Below, piece after piece: positions 61,301 through 64,000 of a stretch of 64,000 nucleotides of DNA; the first letter of the stretch is position 1; the number at the start of each line of letters is the position of its first letter. Below the pieces are notes generated by a model. The model was not told where the DNA came from, did not search any database, and worked only from the letters and a program-made list of their open reading frames with translations. Made by a program: the position numbers and the translations under genes. Location of the stretch: contig OZ223209.1 in the NCBI GenBank assembly GCA_965140415.1, positions 2,560,001 to 2,624,000 on the forward strand. Reading direction: 5' to 3'. The stretch comes from Myxococcota bacterium (GTDB lineage Bacteria; Myxococcota_A; SURF-8).

Positions 61301-63692
61301 GCACGAGGAAAGGCTGTCCGCCATCCGATTGTTCACCGGAGGCAAGATCGCCAAAGGAAAGCTGGCTACGAGTAATACTGACACAGGTGTCATCTGCAAC
61401 CAGGGTGGCCGTTACGTTGTGAGTGTCTTCATTTCCAAAGTTTTTAAGTATCGTAGACAAGGTCAGTACTTCGCCGGGACTTGGCAGACCGTTGCCGTTA
61501 CCATTGGCTTCACCGGTTGTGCTGTCATCCCACTGTTTTTCCAGCAGTCCAATGTAAGCGCCATCCGGTGGTATGACCACCAGTGAATTGATATAGGGAT
61601 TCAGATTGTGACCGGTAATGACCACATTCAACTCGCCCGGAGTCAACAGACCTGCAAGCGATAAAGTCACTTCGCCTTGTACATCCGTGTAGGCGGTGGT
61701 TCTGAGCTGATCGTCTTTTGAAATTGCAACCAGGGCATTTTTTACAGGTTGTCCGCTGATCGATACGGTCAATGTGATTTGGCTTTGACCGATGACGATG
61801 GCACTCGGACCGGCGAGATCTATTGTTCTGGGATTTTTCGTCCAGATGTCCACGGAAGGATCACCCAGTAAGTTATATTCCTCGATCGCGTACTGTACGC
61901 TCCAGCTACTTGGGGCACGTTCGTAGAACAGTTGTAGCGACATGTCGGTGGCTGCACCCAAGGTCGTGTAACCATCGCTTGTATCCCAGGGGTAATTTGC
62001 CATCTGGGGATCGTCCGTGCGGCTGCGCAGCGAAGGCAGGAAGGCGGCCCATATCGCTTTTTCGATCAAATCATCTTCGTCCCAAAGCGAGTTGTTACTC
62101 GCTGCCCAGGAAGCGACCGCACCACCCGGCGATTTAAGCCAGGCTTCACTGAAGCAGTCGCCCTGGCTGTTGTATTGGAACTGACCGGTCTGGCAGGCAT
62201 TCGTAATGGTGAAGGGATAGGCACCGGTGTCGGTCAAGCCCATTATGAAATCGTTATCGACCGGCACGCAGGCCCAACCGCTGTGAGAACCATGGCCGGA
62301 ATAGTTGATGATCGACTGTCCGGCCTGAATGGCAGCTTTAGCTGTCGACTCGGCAGCGCTTTCTCCTACTTCGGCTTTGTAGGCGGTTGTGTGAGTCATG
62401 CCCTCGGTAAGGAATCCCGGTTTAACCCATTCATGTGTGACTTGACCCATGGCGTCGTGATCATCGGAGGCAACCCATAAACTATTGGTGTACCAGGATG
62501 AACTCGGGGCCGTCGGCTTTTCGTGAGCCAGGATCTTATTGACAACCACTGCCAGTTCTGTTGCGTTATGAACCGAAAGGCGACCTACGTGGAAATCCGG
62601 CACCTGATCGGCAGTGTAATTGCTGTCGGAAGCATCCATGGTGGCGTAATACATATCCGCTGCCTGTTCATCGCCGTCGCCGGTTCCTTCCCAATACGGA
62701 ATATGTTCGACGTCACCTACCAACGCGAGATAAGCAGGAGCGCCCATTTCGGAAGACGGATTGGTATAAAGATCCCGCAACGCAGCTTTGATCTGTTCTT
62801 TGCTGCTTCCGGTCTGGCTGGTGTACAGTGTCGTTACCTGGAATCCTTTCTGGATTTTCCAGTCGATCAGGGGTTGTAAGGTAGAGAGAAAATTTACGCC
62901 GGAACTATGATCCGGGACAACAAAAACATAATGAATCGGAGCGTTTGGCAAGGCGTCTTTGGTGTCCAGTAAGTTTGAAACACCCATGATCATGGCATCG
63001 CCTACCTGCCGCAAGCCCGGCAGGGTGCGTCGCAAAACCTGCCGTGTGCGTTGCCATTCCGGTTCTGCCGTTGTCAGTGTCGCTTGGATACTGCGGTATA
63101 CGATTAATTGACCATTTTCGGCATCATACACAACGGGGGAAAATTCCACGATGGCATGGCGGATTCCACGAAATGTCTCTACTGCCAGAATACGCGCCCT
63201 GACCGACTCTCCGATTAGCCCTTGATACGTATCGGCATCGAATGAAAAATCACGGTTTTCCCATGCTTCAGGAACTTTCAACATAGGGGGCTGCATGGGG
63301 TACAGAGGAGCAGACAATGGGAGATAAAATGGATTCTTCCCGGTTGCAGTAATACTTACATTCTTGCCCTGCGGAACGGCGATGCGCCGCCGCATAACCG
63401 GTAAAGCTGGCGAACCGACTTCGCCGGTGGACGCTCCTCCCGTAATTTCAGCAGACGTAAACAGCCCCGCTTCGGTTTCAATATTTTCCAGCCACAACCC
63501 GGATGTCGCCAGGCTTACATCCATTGAGCCGTTATCTTTCAATTCCGCAAGCTGAGTCACACTACCTTGTGTGGAATCGACTGCTTTTTCGAAAGGAGTC
63601 CATTGTGTTTGCGCAAAAGCAGGTATCGATAAAATCAGGAAAAAGATCAGTGGGAGAATCAGCTTTTGGTGAAAATGGAGAGTGCTGCTCAT
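58386..63692 (-). CDS. Gingipain-like C25 cysteine peptidase, multidomain surface protein with MYXO-CTERM-like tail
   Basis: Signal peptide, propeptide (GSPALP), LVGD, YSGHG and NACQTG (His/Cys dyad), YNLLGDP, MopE-type ExCDGIDNDC repeats, DGD repeats, GGGC...WL...GLRR terminus. Confidence 0.9.
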   Translation of the reverse strand: MSSTLHFHQKLILPLIFFLILSIPAFAQTQWTPFEKAVDSTQGSVTQLAELKDNGSMDVSLATSGLWLENIETEAGLFTSAEITGGASTGEVGSPALPVMRRRIAVPQGKNVSITATGKNPFYLPLSAPLYPMQPPMLKVPEAWENRDFSFDADTYQGLIGESVRARILAVETFRGIRHAIVEFSPVVYDAENGQLIVYRSIQATLTTAEPEWQRTRQVLRRTLPGLRQVGDAMIMGVSNLLDTKDALPNAPIHYVFVVPDHSSGVNFLSTLQPLIDWKIQKGFQVTTLYTSQTGSSKEQIKAALRDLYTNPSSEMGAPAYLALVGDVEHIPYWEGTGDGDEQAADMYYATMDASDSNYTADQVPDFHVGRLSVHNATELAVVVNKILAHEKPTAPSSSWYTNSLWVASDDHDAMGQVTHEWVKPGFLTEGMTHTTAYKAEVGESAAESTAKAAIQAGQSIINYSGHGSHSGWACVPVDNDFIMGLTDTGAYPFTITNACQTGQFQYNSQGDCFSEAWLKSPGGAVASWAASNNSLWDEDDLIEKAIWAAFLPSLRSRTDDPQMANYPWDTSDGYTTLGAATDMSLQLFYERAPSSWSVQYAIEEYNLLGDPSVDIWTKNPRTIDLAGPSAIVIGQSQITLTVSISGQPVKNALVAISKDDQLRTTAYTDVQGEVTLSLAGLLTPGELNVVITGHNLNPYINSLVVIPPDGAYIGLLEKQWDDSTTGEANGNGNGLPSPGEVLTLSTILKNFGNEDTHNVTATLVADDTCVSITRSQLSFGDLASGEQSDGGQPFLVQINACDNNHRVDFSLNITSDEDSWSEQFSFTVGNALSGHITRLSNGQAISGATVSYSGVMNGSVEADANGYYLIHGLDAGRYDLTVTHPSYLSETAMISIPLNTEKNFELGCPEALITPEQLHFYVTSSQPTNARQVLISNTGDKPLEFQTSTGYGRGNDSYGYRWGSSDYGETPVQWLEIPAQARRSVNLDDDDYSSASIPFAFSFYGHSYQTLYIGSNGYLTFGNGFDDRSGSAITFPDSDEPRPVIAALYDDLDPGSGGSVYYGSVDGAFVVTFNNVPEYGWYSTNSYTFQFVLYSTGDIHINYQSAQGTNANIGIQNANSTSGMSLSHTGQSFMHDDLSIAIATATSWLTITDGSGIVAPSGQHAVEVTANGQGFALGEHQGYIRVTSSDLENPTSMIPATLHVSDQPPVDSDDDGDPDYSDCAPNNSDIFHGARELCDGIDNDCDDETDEIFPLLHSACDGPDTDLCANGEYQCAANGLEIECGSESQTNIPETCDGVDNDCNPITIDGSDESWVGLACDGADTDLCKEGTYICARGGIRSCQESPDNAVELCDAIDNDCDGITDEGFGDAGQTCTVGTGACEATGQLVCSSGGMLLVCNATEGTPATEICDDIDNDCDGNTDEEDEQEPLCDNDNECLTAACQGAAGCVFTPVSDWTTCATASREDSYACFSGQCEVLGDMDSCENALEISVGEKTDLSITGHHGFKDVPGTCLAPGSTASEHRDLFLKVELEAGKHYSAFLEPEEDYAFYGLILWQGCEGECLVGSANGGSGDQEIIGFSTSENGFIILQVTADLAASASADQFSLLVTLNDGPVDGDLADGDSIDGDSVDGDVVDGDSIDGDSVDGDAVDGDSIDGDSVDGDTIDGDSIDGDSIDGDHTDGDTIADGDSLIDGDTTVDGDNIIDGDEIVTDGDQSTDGDSTVDGDQTDDGSGGGCQHTTSNPAWLFMLGLMLIGLRRQFMFSK
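58490..58838 (-). repeat. In-frame 15/18-bp tandem repeat encoding DGDxx units
   Basis: DGDSI/DGDSV/DGDVV/DGDAV/DGDTI run near the C-terminus of the C25 peptidase. Confidence 0.85.
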
Positions 63693-64000
63693 TACGACTC
63701 CTTGTGCATAGTTGCGGTTGTCACTGGAATTTATCGCTAAAGTAAAAACTTCCTAATGGAGATTGAAACTTCATCTGTCAACAAGAATGGACGGTGTGAA
63801 TCCTGGAATGTGACACACCGAGAAAACCGTGGCGATTGGAGAAACGGTTCTTCTCCAGAAATGCTTAAATATATATGTTTTGAATAGGGAAATCAATCAA
63901 GATTGACGGAAAGATTCAAATAAATTCCTTGATGGGTGATCGCCGAAAATTTTATATTGAATTACACTTTGGCTTGGCAAATTTCTATATTTTCTGTTAT

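Overview
Bacterial chromosomal window, probably from a Myxococcota/deltaproteobacterial-type organism (inferred from a MYXO-CTERM-like tail, Cys-rich/DGD-rich lipoproteins and the che cluster layout). Left to right it holds: the end of a chemotaxis operon (cheA with an MshEN-like insert, cheW, cheR, cheD, HDOD, cheY, cheX, a second cheD lacking the catalytic Cys, cheB); assorted enzymes; an isolated long-hairpin sRNA candidate; a split amidase-nadE-nadD operon; hisS-hutH; and a MinD/FlhG-like gene with a broken Walker A. The main accessory feature is a ~14.1 kb integrative element (32781-46914) in tRNA-Arg(UCG). It duplicates the 5' half of the tRNA rather than the usual 3' half, and supplies its own sigma70 promoter to the restored tRNA. 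It carries a tyrosine integrase, Xis, a rolling-circle Rep_1 with a candidate antisense RNA, a coupled SWIM-finger protein / Cre-like recombinase / acidic protein operon behind a perfect sigma70 promoter and a recurring 16-bp palindrome, an N6-methyltransferase plus PD-(D/E)XK-like gene pair, and lipoprotein cargo. The right part has a GlnRS fused to a Trbp111-like domain, a CcdA-TlpA fusion, murB, a receiver-less RstA-like regulator beside TACA boxes, and a giant C25 peptidase. All calls come from motif reading by eye; no searches were run.
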